The translations under genes and the position numbers were made by a program. Positions 1 to 10,005 of a stretch of DNA of 64,000 nt are shown here, piece after piece. Within the stretch, counting starts at the first letter, position 1. Each line of letters opens with the position of its first letter. The DNA comes from an uncultured Bacteroidales bacterium. Its GTDB lineage: Bacteria > Bacteroidota > Bacteroidia > Bacteroidales > Bacteroidaceae. Under the pieces are notes generated by a model. It was not told the origin of the DNA, ran no database searches, and saw nothing but the letters and a program-made list of their open reading frames with translations. The DNA lies in contig CACWFY010000006.1 of the NCBI GenBank assembly GCA_902760345.1, positions 14,338 through 78,337 of the forward strand. Direction: 5' to 3'.

Positions 1-1141
1 GACACGGCATGGGGAAGAAGTCTTTTTTCTGCGTTCTGGTAGCGGGATAGAGACGTGTGCCAAAGCCTGCCACAGGAATGATGGCCTTACGCACGGTATG
101 AACAGGATGCAACGTCAGCGGATAGGCCCGCAATCCCTGAGCATTCAGGTAGTCAATCAGTTGTTGCTGAGTATCTTTGCTACGTGCCAGGAACTGCACG
201 GAACCGTCACCGTGAGAGCCTACGCCCTTACCTCCATAGACCAAAGGCAGAATCTGCGGGTCGTTCAACACCTCGTGCAACTTGGGCGCCCAAAGGGCTG
301 GTGACATTGGTGCGACATACTTGTCGAACATCTCCTCAGCCTCGGTCATCAGTCGGCCTAACGCCTCAGCGTCGCCACTGGCCATATACTGGGTGGCGCG
401 CTCGACCACTTCATGGTTCCACTCACCCAGTGCCTTGTGCAGGTTCTGCTCGGCCTCGGTAGTAGCAAAGGGGTACGACTTGTTCAAGTCTTTCAGAATG
501 CGGATGGTATCCTTCTCTGCACACAGGTCGGCAAAGACCCAATAGAGCGTCTTCTTGACATTCAGCGACTTAACCTCAATCTCGTCGCCGTCGAAGGTCA
601 TCAGATTGGGCTTTACACCAAAGGCACACGCCTGGTCAAGACGACCACAGCGCGACGACGTGCGCAACTCACCCAGATAGGCGATATTCATCTCGCCCAG
701 CGTATTCAGGTTTAGTTTATATAATAAGTTGAATGCGCGCGCGACAAGCACACAGATAGCTGCCGACGACGACAGTCCGCTCTTCATGGGTAGTGTCATA
801 TCGGTAATCCTGATGCGCACACCACCTACCTTGTACCATTCTAGCATATACGACGCCACGCCGGCACAATAGCAGAAGAACGAGCCCGACTTAGCCACCG
901 ATTTCAGCTCCGCTTCATTCATGCTGCACGAGAAATCGTTCCACACATTACTGATTTCTGGAGCATCACTATGCAGTTCAAAGATGGACGATTTTTCCAC
1001 CTCGGCATAGATACCCTGTTCGATACCCGTCACAATAGAGGCACCCGGCAAGATATCTGCATTCATCGTACGATAGTGACCAGCCCAGTCAGTATGTTCG
1101 CCAAACAGGCATAAGCGACCCGGAACAAAGAGTTTTATCAT
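1..1141 (-). CDS. GHMP-family sugar kinase fused to a C-terminal sugar-phosphate nucleotidyltransferase domain (partial, 3' end runs off the window)
   Basis: Not in the ORF track; translated by hand from ATG at 1141. MIKLFVPGRLCLFGEHTDW is GalK-like motif I, PMKSGLSSSAA is the GHMP ATP loop, YGGKGVGSHGDG is the GHMP C-terminal motif, then VRKAIIPVAGFGTRLYPAT is the GalU/NTP-transferase N-terminal motif. All four motifs are in one frame. Confidence 0.85.
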   Translation of the reverse strand, partial: MIKLFVPGRLCLFGEHTDWAGHYRTMNADILPGASIVTGIEQGIYAEVEKSSIFELHSDAPEISNVWNDFSCSMNEAELKSVAKSGSFFCYCAGVASYMLEWYKVGGVRIRITDMTLPMKSGLSSSAAICVLVARAFNLLYKLNLNTLGEMNIAYLGELRTSSRCGRLDQACAFGVKPNLMTFDGDEIEVKSLNVKKTLYWVFADLCAEKDTIRILKDLNKSYPFATTEAEQNLHKALGEWNHEVVERATQYMASGDAEALGRLMTEAEEMFDKYVAPMSPALWAPKLHEVLNDPQILPLVYGGKGVGSHGDGSVQFLARSKDTQQQLIDYLNAQGLRAYPLTLHPVHTVRKAIIPVAGFGTRLYPATRTQKKDFFPMPC

Positions 1142-1221
1142 CTTTACAATAGTTTGTTATGTTAAAAACTTCCACAAAGATACAGTTTTTTCTGCACAAA
1201 TGGCATTTTTTTTGCTTTTTA

Positions 1222-1253
1222 TTTGGTAAGATTGATATTTTTATATACTTTTG
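1222..1253 (+). promoter_or_regulatory. Bacteroidetes primary-sigma promoter for the ECF sigma gene
   Basis: TTTG (1222-1225), 20-bp spacer, TACTTTTG (1246-1253). Confidence 0.7.
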
Positions 1254-1345
1254 CAGCGATATAACAACAAAAGTTAACAACAAACCCTTTAAAAAACTAC
1301 CGCCTATCGAGAAAACTCTACTTCATAAAAAGTAAAGAAAACGAT

Positions 1346-1945
1346 ATGAAGAATTATGCAAGCCAGTCCGACGAATCGTTGGCACTGCTTTACATAGGAG
1401 GAGAAAATAGTGCGTTTGATGAGTTGTTAGCTCGTAATCAACAAAAGCTCTATACGTATATTATGTTCGTGGTCCGCGACCCCGAAATGGCTAACGACGT
1501 TTTCCAGGAGACGTTCGTGAAGGTTATCACCAAGCTGCAGGAAGGCAAATATACCGATTCCGGCAAATTCTCATTCTGGTTAACGCGCATTGCCCACAAC
1601 ATCATCATGGACAACTACCGCCAACAACGGTCAAGCCATATCGTGGAACCCACGGCAGACAATGACCTCAACAAACTGAGTGGTGACAGTCTGATGGACA
1701 TCAATCGTGAGAACGAATATGTCAACACCCAGATTCTCTCAGATGTACGCCATCTGATGGATGCCCTGCCTGCTACCCAGCGCGAGGTGGTCTACATGCG
1801 CTATTATCAGGATCTGTCGTTTAAGGAGATTGCCGAGATGACGGGTGTCAGCATCAACACCTCGTTAGGCCGCATGCGCTACGCCCTGATTAACATGCGG
1901 CGTATGGCTAAGCAGCACCAAATTCAGCTGACATTAGACCAGTAA
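1346..1945 (+). CDS. RNA polymerase sigma-70 factor, ECF subfamily
   Basis: 199 aa; region 2 DVFQETFVKV..FSFWLTRIAHN, region 4 LPATQREVVYMRYYQDLSFKEIAE..SINTSLGRMRYA. Confidence 0.95.
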   Translation: MKNYASQSDESLALLYIGGENSAFDELLARNQQKLYTYIMFVVRDPEMANDVFQETFVKVITKLQEGKYTDSGKFSFWLTRIAHNIIMDNYRQQRSSHIVEPTADNDLNKLSGDSLMDINRENEYVNTQILSDVRHLMDALPATQREVVYMRYYQDLSFKEIAEMTGVSINTSLGRMRYALINMRRMAKQHQIQLTLDQ

Positions 1946-1949
1946 AACG

Positions 1950-2600
1950 TTATAATGCCCGCAATCCGCTAATACGCTCTTCAGGATTCTCAGAGCCAAA
2001 GACATAGCTGCCTGCTACCAGTACGTCGGCACCAGCCGCCACCAGTCGGGGAGCTGTTTCTGCCTGTACACCGCCGTCAATCTCTATCAGTGCCTTCGAT
2101 CCGCTGTCGTCAATGAGTTTACGCAACCGCTTCACCTTGGCAATGGTATTCTCGATGAATACCTGTCCGCCAAAGCCAGGATTCACACTCATCAGTAGCA
2201 CCATGTCTACGTCACCAATGATGTCTTCAAGCACCGATACTGGTGTTGCCGGATTCAGCGTCACACCAGCCTTCATGCCAGCGGCATGAATCTCCTGTAT
2301 GGTACGATGCAGATGGGTACAAGCCTCAGCATGAACATTCATCATCATGGCTCCCAACTTAGCAGTTTGTTGGATATAGTGCTCTGGATGCACAATCATA
2401 TAGTGCACATCCAATAGTTTCTTACACTTCTTGGCAACAGCCTCCAATACGGGGAAGCCAAACGAGATATTCGGTACGAAGACACCATCCATCACATCCA
2501 GATGGAGCCATTGTGCCTCACTGCGGTTGATCATCTCCAGATCCTTGTCGAGATGTAGGAAGTCAGCAGCAAGCAACGACGGAGAGACTATTGTAGCCAT
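1950..2600 (-). CDS. rpe: ribulose-phosphate 3-epimerase
   Basis: SPSLLAADF, HLDVMDGVFVPN, MSVNPGFGGQ, IEIDGG motifs; start placed at ATG 2600 (MATIVSPS) rather than the upstream non-ATG start. Confidence 0.97.
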   Translation of the reverse strand: MATIVSPSLLAADFLHLDKDLEMINRSEAQWLHLDVMDGVFVPNISFGFPVLEAVAKKCKKLLDVHYMIVHPEHYIQQTAKLGAMMMNVHAEACTHLHRTIQEIHAAGMKAGVTLNPATPVSVLEDIIGDVDMVLLMSVNPGFGGQVFIENTIAKVKRLRKLIDDSGSKALIEIDGGVQAETAPRLVAAGADVLVAGSYVFGSENPEERISGLRAL

Positions 2601-2700
2601 GATTATCCTTTTTTGTAGCGTTACACATTCTCGCAAACTGTTTGATAAACAGAATGGTCGACGGATTAGGTGTAAAATCTTCTTGGGTAAAATTTGTCAT
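2563..2700 (-). CDS. putative 45-aa small protein overlapping the rpe 5' end
   Basis: ATG at 2700, MTNFTQEDFTPNPSTILFIKQFARMCNATKKDNHGYNSLSVVACC*, AT-rich upstream context; below the ORF-track size cutoff. Confidence 0.45.
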   Translation of the reverse strand: MTNFTQEDFTPNPSTILFIKQFARMCNATKKDNHGYNSLSVVACC

Positions 2701-2773
2701 AGGCGAAACTGTTTATATTGTTTGTTATTAATGAAACGTACAGCTCGCCTATTTATTATTTCAAAAGAGAAAT

Positions 2774-3748
2774 TTATTTTACGTGACAGTCACCCAACTG
2801 TTTCATACCGTTCAGAAAGTCGCGTGCCGACATGCGTTTCTTGCCTGCCAACTGCAGTTCCACTATCTCCAACCATTCATCGGCAGCAGCAATGAAGAAC
2901 GTCTTTTGCTCTACAGAAATAGTTCCGACAGGCTGTTGAACGGGACGTCCCGTTTTGCGGGTCTTATAGATTTTCAGCACCGTGGTCTTTCCTGTAGCAT
3001 CCAGTAACATTGTCCAAGCACCTGGATAGGGACTCAGTCCGCGAACAAAATCATATACCCTCTTGGCATTCATCGTCCAGTCAATCTCGCAGGTCTCCTT
3101 GAAAATCTTTGGAGCAGGCTTCATGGCTGAACCATCAAGGACGCTATCCTGAGGGATGCTGATAGGATGGCCGTCAGCAGCAATGATGGCTTCCAGGGTT
3201 TCGAGACACAACGCTGCACCCAGATGCATCAGACCATCGTAGACATATTCCACGTCGGCCTCGTCGGGTATGGCAAACGTCTTCTTTGCAATGATGCGTC
3301 CCGTGTCAATATCGTGATCGAGAAAGAATGTCGTTACCCCCGTCTCCGTTTCACCATTAATCACCGCCCAGTTGATGGGAGCAGCCCCACGATACTGAGG
3401 CAGTAAGGCGGCATGTACGTTAAATGTGCCGTATTCAGGCATGGCCCACACCACCTCGGGTAACATTCTGAAGGCTACTACCACCTGTAGGTTTGCCTCG
3501 TATGAACGTAGCTGTTCCACGAATGTCGGATCTTTCATCTTTTCCGGTTGCAACACGGGCAAACCATGCTCCAGCGCATATTTCTTCACTTCCGACGGCT
3601 GCATCTCCGTCTGATGTCTGCCCACGGGTTTGTCAGGCTGTGTCACTACAGCCACAACGTTATAGTCGTTCTCCACCAGCGCTTGCAGAGTCTCCACTGC
3701 AAACTCCGGCGTTCCCATAAAAACAATTCTAAGGTCGTTTTTCGTCAT
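2774..3748 (-). CDS. fmt: methionyl-tRNA formyltransferase
   Basis: IVFMGTPEFA, VVTQPDKP, NVHAALLPQYRGAAPINWA motifs. Confidence 0.97.
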   Translation of the reverse strand: MTKNDLRIVFMGTPEFAVETLQALVENDYNVVAVVTQPDKPVGRHQTEMQPSEVKKYALEHGLPVLQPEKMKDPTFVEQLRSYEANLQVVVAFRMLPEVVWAMPEYGTFNVHAALLPQYRGAAPINWAVINGETETGVTTFFLDHDIDTGRIIAKKTFAIPDEADVEYVYDGLMHLGAALCLETLEAIIAADGHPISIPQDSVLDGSAMKPAPKIFKETCEIDWTMNAKRVYDFVRGLSPYPGAWTMLLDATGKTTVLKIYKTRKTGRPVQQPVGTISVEQKTFFIAAADEWLEIVELQLAGKKRMSARDFLNGMKQLGDCHVK

Positions 3749-3758
3749 ATTATTATTT

Positions 3759-3800
3759 CGTTATAGCGAAATCTCGAAACATCGAGATTTCGAAACTTCG
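3759..3800. repeat. degenerate 8-bp tandem repeat (TCGAAAYW-like), intergenic between the ClC gene and fmt
   Basis: CG dinucleotide every 8 bp: cgttatag cgaaatct cgaaacat cgagattt cgaaactt cg. Confidence 0.8.
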
Positions 3801-3808
3801 TTCATTGA

Positions 3809-5602
3809 TTAGTCTTGGCTGAAGTCATGTACCATTTTTCGATACATTTCATACATGCGGCGACGGGAGATATAGCCCTTCAAGTGGTTGTTGGTATCGA
3901 TGACGGGCAACCACTCGGCCTGTGTTTCTTCAAAGACGCGCATCACCTTGGTCATAGGCGTCGAATCGCTTAGGGTTGCAGCAGGTTCTACCATCAGTTG
4001 AGAAGCCTTGAAATGATGATACAACTCCGTACGGAACACCACATGACGGATTTTTACCACGTTAATCTCACCCAGCAACGCCCCTGCCGGATCGGTAACA
4101 GGCAGCACACGATGGCGCGAACGGCTGATTTGGTTGACGATTTGTCCCAGTTCCATATCAGGTGCAACAGCCTGGAAGTCACGGTCAACAACAGAGTCGA
4201 GACTCATCAGCGTGAGCACAGCATGATCAGTATGGTGGGTCACAAGACGTCCCTGCTTAGCCAGTCGCATACCATAGATACTATGAGGCTCAAAGATATT
4301 GATGGTCAGGTAGCTCGACACGGCAACAATCATCAACGGCATAAACAGATTATAGCCACTGGTAATCTCAGCAATGAGGAAGATACCCGTCAGCGGAGCA
4401 TGCATCACACCCGACATCACACCAGCCATACCCAACAGGGCGAAGTTCTTCTCAGGTACATAGACACCAATCTGGTGCATATTCCATAGTCGTGAGAAGA
4501 AGAAACCCGTAAAACAGCCAATAAACAGTGATGGAGCAAACGTACCACCACAGCCACCACCTCCGTTGGTCGCACTGGTTGCAAACACTTTCGTCAGCAG
4601 CACAAGACCTATATATATAATAAGGTATTCCGGATGGCCATAGAACAGCGACCCGTCGAGTATCTGATTCCAGTCGGCTTCTGTCTTTCCGTTCAGCAAC
4701 AGGTTGATGCTGTGATAGCCCTCGCCATAAAGCGAAGGGAAGAGGAAGATAAGCGTACTCAGGATAGCACCACCGATAAGGAGTTTGACATAGGGTCTAT
4801 CCTTGAAACGGGCAAACATATCCTCGCAGACAGTCATGGTACGGACAAAGTAGAGTGAGACGAATCCACACGTGACACCCAGCAGGATGCTGGCAGGTAC
4901 ACGCTCTACCGTCCAGTCGGAATCGAGATGGAATGAAAACAGCACCGCATTGCCGCTGAAAATATAGGTAAAACAGGTGGCTGTCACGCAACTGACCAAA
5001 ATGGGCAACAGCGAGGCCATCGTCAGGTCAATCATCAGCACTTCAAGGGTAAATACCAATCCGGCAATAGGAGCCTTAAAGATGCCTGCAATAGCACCTG
5101 CGGCACCACAGCCCACAAGCGTCATCAGCGTCTTGTTGTCCATGCGGAAAAGTTTGCCCAGATTCGAACCGATGGCCGAACCCGTCAGCACGATAGGAGC
5201 CTCAGCACCCACAGAACCACCAAAGCCGATAGTGATGGCTGAGGCTATGACGCTGGACCACGTATTATGCCCCTTCAACCGTGAGCGATTCGACGAGATA
5301 GCATAGAGGATGCGTGTAATACCATGCGAGATATTGTCCTTGACGATATAACGGATAAAAAGCGACGTAAGCCAGATACCAATCACAGGATATACCAGAT
5401 ACAACCAGTTATAGGTATCGGCATGGAAACGTCCCGTCAACAGCGCCACGATCTGGTTTATCAGTCCATGGAGTACAAATGCCGCCACGGCCGACAACAG
5501 TCCCACAGCAAACGCCAGGATAAGTATGAACATCTTGTCGCTGACATTCTTGACACGCCATTCATGCAGTCGCTGTAGCCAATGTGGTCGGTTATCGTTC
5601 AT
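3809..5602 (-). CDS. ClC-family chloride channel/transporter with C-terminal CBS pair
   Basis: GGSVGAEAP, GIFKAPIAGLVFTLE, GGCGGTFAPSL motifs; many TM segments; CBS-like C-terminus. Confidence 0.92.
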   Translation of the reverse strand: MNDNRPHWLQRLHEWRVKNVSDKMFILILAFAVGLLSAVAAFVLHGLINQIVALLTGRFHADTYNWLYLVYPVIGIWLTSLFIRYIVKDNISHGITRILYAISSNRSRLKGHNTWSSVIASAITIGFGGSVGAEAPIVLTGSAIGSNLGKLFRMDNKTLMTLVGCGAAGAIAGIFKAPIAGLVFTLEVLMIDLTMASLLPILVSCVTATCFTYIFSGNAVLFSFHLDSDWTVERVPASILLGVTCGFVSLYFVRTMTVCEDMFARFKDRPYVKLLIGGAILSTLIFLFPSLYGEGYHSINLLLNGKTEADWNQILDGSLFYGHPEYLIIYIGLVLLTKVFATSATNGGGGCGGTFAPSLFIGCFTGFFFSRLWNMHQIGVYVPEKNFALLGMAGVMSGVMHAPLTGIFLIAEITSGYNLFMPLMIVAVSSYLTINIFEPHSIYGMRLAKQGRLVTHHTDHAVLTLMSLDSVVDRDFQAVAPDMELGQIVNQISRSRHRVLPVTDPAGALLGEINVVKIRHVVFRTELYHHFKASQLMVEPAATLSDSTPMTKVMRVFEETQAEWLPVIDTNNHLKGYISRRRMYEMYRKMVHDFSQD

Positions 5603-5620
5603 TGCTTCACTCCTCTCTAT

Positions 5621-6202
5621 TCACTTTCTAATAATCGTCACTTGTCCGTCGGGGCGCAGTCTGATGATGCTACTGGGCTGGTGGGGCTTATGCTCCTGTC
5701 GGCGTGCCCAGCATACATAGTCAACTTGTTCAATAATGCGAGGATCAATATCGCAATAGTTTTGTGCAGCAGGTTCGCCACTGATATTCGCAGATGTCGA
5801 CACCAGGGCTTTTTGGAACCTATAGCATAATTCTTTAGAGAAAGGCTCGTCGGTGATGCGGATACCGATTGAGCCATCCTCGGCAATCAGGTTCGGAGCA
5901 AGGTTAATTGCACCGTCGAGAATCAGCGTGGTAGGTTTGACATCGCCTTCCTTCATACTGTCAATCAGTTGCCACGCTACGTCTGGCACATTGCGGATAT
6001 AGCGCTGCATACGAGCATCGCTGTCGACCAGACAAATTAGTGCCTTCGAGTCGTCGCGCTGCTTAATCTCATAAACGCGCCTGACAGCCTCAACATTCGT
6101 TGCATCACATCCAATGCCCCAAACAGTATCCGTCGGATAGAGAATGACCCCACCCTTTCGCAGCACTTCCACTGCCTTCTTGATATCTTCTTCCCGTGTC
6201 AT
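5621..6202 (-). CDS. tsaC: L-threonylcarbamoyladenylate synthase (Sua5/YrdC family)
   Basis: GGVILYPTDTVWGIGCD, KQR, LVSTSANISG motifs. Confidence 0.92.
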   Translation of the reverse strand: MTREEDIKKAVEVLRKGGVILYPTDTVWGIGCDATNVEAVRRVYEIKQRDDSKALICLVDSDARMQRYIRNVPDVAWQLIDSMKEGDVKPTTLILDGAINLAPNLIAEDGSIGIRITDEPFSKELCYRFQKALVSTSANISGEPAAQNYCDIDPRIIEQVDYVCWARRQEHKPHQPSSIIRLRPDGQVTIIRK

Positions 6203-7791
6203 TAGAACTCAGAGGTAAAGTGAAACTTGATATGTTTGAAGTCTTCCTGTGCCATACTGAGCACATAGCCAGAGTCAGCAAGGAACACATCCCTACCCTC
6301 CTTATCTTTCGCCATATACTGGTACTTGCGTTTCTTGAAATTCTCCAATTCCTGATCGTCGTCGCTCTCCACCCAGCAGGCTTTATAGAGGTGAACTGGT
6401 TCCCAACGGCACTTGGCGTTGTACTCGTTCTCCAAACGATACTGAATAACCTCGAACTGCAGTTGTCCCACAGTACCGATAATCTTACGGTTGTTAAACT
6501 GGTTGACGAACAACTGGGCCACACCCTCGTCCATCAACTGGTCAATACCCTTTTGTAGTTGCTTCGACTTCATCGGGTCGTCGTTTTCGATATACTTAAA
6601 GAGCTCTGGTGAGAACGAGGGCAGACCGCGGAAGTGTAGCTGTTCGCCCTCAGTCAGCGTATCGCCAATCTTGAACATGCCGCCAGTATCGGGCAGACCT
6701 ACAATATCACCAGGCCAAGCCTCGTCGATGGTTGACTTGCGCTGAGCCATAAACTGTGTAGGCGAAGAGAAACGCAGCGTCTTGCCCTGACGCACATGCA
6801 GATAGGGCTGGTTGCGCTGGAATTTTCCGCTACACACCTTGCAGAAGGCGATACACGAACGGTGGTTGGGGTCGATATTGGCAGTAATCTTAAAGATAAA
6901 CCCGATGAATTTCTGCTCCTCGGGTTGCACCATTCGTTCCTCGGCCTTAGTGGGTTTGGGACTTGGAGCTATCTCGACGAAGCAGTCGAGCAACTCCTGA
7001 ACGCCAAAGTTATTGAGGGCCGAGCCAAAGAATACGGGGGCTACCTCAGCAGAGCGGTAAGTCTCCACCTCGAACTCCGGATATACGCCATCCACCAGTT
7101 CCAAGTCTTCGCGGAGCTTGTTCGCATCGGTTTCCCCAACGCGCTTATCAAGGTCAGGGGAACCGACCTCCACACTTACCTTCTCTGTGACACGCTGCTT
7201 GTCAGGGGTAAACAGGTTGAGTTGCTGCTCGTAAATATTATAGACACCCTTGAACTTCGCACCTTGGTTGATAGGCCACGACAGCGGGCGTACCTTGATT
7301 TCCAACTCCTGCTCCAACTCGTCGAGCAAGTCAAACGGGTCGCGACCCTCACGGTCCATCTTATTGATGAAGATGATAACAGGGGTGTTGCGCATACGGC
7401 AGACATTCATCAACTTACGAGTCTGCGTCTCCACGCCCTTCGCACCATCCACGACGATAATCGCTGAGTCGACAGCCGTCAGCGTACGGTAGGTATCCTC
7501 AGCAAAATCCTGGTGACCAGGAGTATCGAGGATATTTACCTTGTATTCTATTTCTGAGCCTTCTGGTGTATAGTCGAACTCCATCACAGAGGTCGATACG
7601 GAGATACCACGCTGCTTTTCGATATCCATCCAGTCAGAGGTGGCAGTCTTCTTAATCTTGTTGTTCTTCACGGCGCCAGCCACCTGTATCTGTCCGCCAA
7701 AGAGCAGAAACTTCTCTGTCAGCGTGGTCTTACCGGCATCCGGGTGCGATATTATCGCAAATGTTCTTCTTCTTTCTATTTCCTGATTCAT
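6202..7791 (-). CDS. prfC: peptide chain release factor 3
   Basis: [41 protein letters not shown]. Confidence 0.98.
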   Translation of the reverse strand: MNQEIERRRTFAIISHPDAGKTTLTEKFLLFGGQIQVAGAVKNNKIKKTATSDWMDIEKQRGISVSTSVMEFDYTPEGSEIEYKVNILDTPGHQDFAEDTYRTLTAVDSAIIVVDGAKGVETQTRKLMNVCRMRNTPVIIFINKMDREGRDPFDLLDELEQELEIKVRPLSWPINQGAKFKGVYNIYEQQLNLFTPDKQRVTEKVSVEVGSPDLDKRVGETDANKLREDLELVDGVYPEFEVETYRSAEVAPVFFGSALNNFGVQELLDCFVEIAPSPKPTKAEERMVQPEEQKFIGFIFKITANIDPNHRSCIAFCKVCSGKFQRNQPYLHVRQGKTLRFSSPTQFMAQRKSTIDEAWPGDIVGLPDTGGMFKIGDTLTEGEQLHFRGLPSFSPELFKYIENDDPMKSKQLQKGIDQLMDEGVAQLFVNQFNNRKIIGTVGQLQFEVIQYRLENEYNAKCRWEPVHLYKACWVESDDDQELENFKKRKYQYMAKDKEGRDVFLADSGYVLSMAQEDFKHIKFHFTSEF

Positions 7792-8636
7792 AATTTCTCA
7801 ATACAATCTTTTAAGCTTTCTTCCCAATAGGGAATTTCTATATGATAGGTTTGCTTTATCTTCGTCTTATCAAGCACCGAATAGTGCGGACGGGCAGCTG
7901 GCGTGGGATATTCCTCCGTATGAAGCGGACGGACGTGGCATGTGGTAATGCCTGCCAACCGATGGATAGCCTTGGTGAAGTCGTACCACGAGATAACGCC
8001 CTCGTTGCTAAAGTGGTAGATGCCAGGCTCAACACCCTGATTAATGACGGCAAAAATAGCCACAGCCAGGTCGCGGGCATAGGTCGGAGTTCCTATCTGG
8101 TCGAAGATAACGCCCAACTCGGGTTTCTCCTTACCCAGACGTATCATGGTCTTCACGAAGTTATTGCCAAAGGTAGAGTACAACCATGCCGTACGGATAA
8201 TCACCGAGCGCTCACAAAGTTTCTGAACGTTCAGTTCGCCCACAAGTTTAGTACGTCCGTAGACGCTGTTCGGACAGGTTTCCTCGTCTTCCTTGTAAGG
8301 GGTATGATTGGTTCCGTCAAACACATAGTCTGTAGAGATCTGTATCATCCAGCCGCCCCGCTGTCCTACGGCATGGGCAAGATAGGCAGGTGCCTCGGCA
8401 TTCAGTTTTTGGCACAGCGCCTCGTTATTTTCTGCCTTATCAACAGCCGTATAGGCGGCACAATTGACGATACCATCTATCTGGTTCTCGTTGACAAAGG
8501 ACTCAACAGCCTGTTGGTCGGTGATATCGAGCTCAGTTACATCAGTATTAAAATAGGTATGCTGGGGATTCTCCTTCTCCAGCAGTTGCATCTCGTTGCC
8601 CAATTGGCCGTTACAGCCAGTGATTAATATATTCAT
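7788..8636 (-). CDS. rfbD: dTDP-4-dehydrorhamnose reductase
   Basis: [44 protein letters not shown]; start taken at MNILITG (8636). Confidence 0.95.
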   Translation of the reverse strand: MNILITGCNGQLGNEMQLLEKENPQHTYFNTDVTELDITDQQAVESFVNENQIDGIVNCAAYTAVDKAENNEALCQKLNAEAPAYLAHAVGQRGGWMIQISTDYVFDGTNHTPYKEDEETCPNSVYGRTKLVGELNVQKLCERSVIIRTAWLYSTFGNNFVKTMIRLGKEKPELGVIFDQIGTPTYARDLAVAIFAVINQGVEPGIYHFSNEGVISWYDFTKAIHRLAGITTCHVRPLHTEEYPTPAARPHYSVLDKTKIKQTYHIEIPYWEESLKDCIEKL

Positions 8637-8637
8637 C

Positions 8638-9183
8638 TTACTCAAAGTTCAAACCTTCTTCCTTGTCTTTCTTATAATAGTCAGAGAGCATGCCCACAAG
8701 GGTGGTAATCTCCTTGACAGCAGCCTGGGTGTTAGCCGTAATCTCCTTCTTCTGCAATCGCAGCAGCATGGTACCATAAAGAGCATTAAAACACGTCTCC
8801 ACCTCGTTTTCCTCCTTGTCGGCACCATGGTTGCGCAGCTCTACGATGTAGGGCAGCACCTTATAGTATTCAGCATTATAGAAAGGAAACTTTGGCGACG
8901 ACAATAACTGAGCGTGTAGTTCCTGCAACTGCTGCATAGTGACCTTGTTGATCTGCAGGTGTCCCTGCTCACGGCAATCCTCCTGATTCATCATGCGTAT
9001 CAGGTTACCAAACCAGTCGGCCTCTTCTTCTTTCTGCTCATCGCTATAGTCGAAGCGGTCTATGTATTCGTGACGAATACGACTGATGGAACAGCCAAAG
9101 GCACGTATCGTGTCTTCCACTTGCCACATATACAGCAGGTATTCGGCGATATTTGTCTTACGTAATTCTTGTGCTATAAACAT
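8638..9183 (-). CDS. conserved Bacteroidetes protein (DUF4924-like)
   Basis: MFIAQELRKTNIAEYLLYMWQVED N-terminus typical of this family; co-oriented and abutting rfbD. Confidence 0.75.
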   Translation of the reverse strand: MFIAQELRKTNIAEYLLYMWQVEDTIRAFGCSISRIRHEYIDRFDYSDEQKEEEADWFGNLIRMMNQEDCREQGHLQINKVTMQQLQELHAQLLSSPKFPFYNAEYYKVLPYIVELRNHGADKEENEVETCFNALYGTMLLRLQKKEITANTQAAVKEITTLVGMLSDYYKKDKEEGLNFE

Positions 9184-9207
9184 TTTTTCCTATTTACTAT
9201 TTACCTT

Positions 9208-9873
9208 TCAAAAGAACCTATACAGGTTCGTCACCGTACCAAAGAGCGACACAATGGAGAAGATGATTACAACGGCACCGATAATCTGGTTGATGATGCG
9301 GATTCCAGCATTGTCAAAGATGACGCGCAACTTGTCGACAAGCCACGAAAGGCCGTACCACCAAAGCAGGGCCCCACCGACGATACTGGTAAACCCGATG
9401 AGCATCTCGAACGGATGGTCGGGAATGACGAATGCAAACTGGGCAAACAGCGCCATAAACAGAAAGATGATCAGCGGATTGGAGAAGGTGACAAGAAAAG
9501 CGGTCCACGTGTTATACCACAAGGACCCCTTTTTCTGACCCGACTGGTGCATATTCTTCGTAGGGTCACTACGCCATGTAAAGATGCCAAAGGCCAACAG
9601 TAACACAGAACCGATAATCTGCAAGTAGAACTTGTTCTGGTCGTTGTTGATGAAATCCATCACGAAGGCCATACCAAATCCAGTCACTCCAGCATAGATG
9701 ATATCACTAACGGCAGCACCTACACCTGTGGCCAGGCCAAAGAGACGTCCTTTATTTAGCGTACGCTGCACACAGAGCACGCCCACAGGCCCCATCGGCG
9801 CCGAGGCTATCATGCCTATCAGCATGCCTTTAAACACCAGGTCGACTATGTTAATATGTATAGGAAACGGCAT
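9208..9873 (-). CDS. LysE-family translocator
   Basis: SAPMGPVGVLCVQRTL, FLVTFSNP, about six TM helices. Confidence 0.88.
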   Translation of the reverse strand: MPFPIHINIVDLVFKGMLIGMIASAPMGPVGVLCVQRTLNKGRLFGLATGVGAAVSDIIYAGVTGFGMAFVMDFINNDQNKFYLQIIGSVLLLAFGIFTWRSDPTKNMHQSGQKKGSLWYNTWTAFLVTFSNPLIIFLFMALFAQFAFVIPDHPFEMLIGFTSIVGGALLWWYGLSWLVDKLRVIFDNAGIRIINQIIGAVVIIFSIVSLFGTVTNLYRFF

Positions 9874-9929
9874 ATCGACTGCAAATTTACGAATTTTCCT
9901 TGATATACATCAGATTTTCTTCATAAAAC

Positions 9930-9960
9930 TTTGAGTTATCATGCTTTTTTCATACCTTTG
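9930..9960 (+). promoter_or_regulatory. primary-sigma promoter for the ROK kinase
   Basis: TTTG (9930-9933), 19-bp spacer, TACCTTTG (9953-9960); divergent TAAATTTG box for the LysE gene near 9882-9889. Confidence 0.65.
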
Positions 9961-10005
9961 TAGCATTAAAACGCTTAATATCAACACTCAAAACATATTA
10001 CTATT

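Noticed and set aside
98-715. Four short plus-strand ORFs
   Set aside because: Explained as shadows of the minus-strand kinase-transferase fusion running off the window edge.
7788-8636. rfbD as a sign of a polysaccharide biosynthesis island
   Set aside because: It is embedded in a housekeeping run with prfC and has no neighbouring rfbA/B/C or glycosyltransferase genes.
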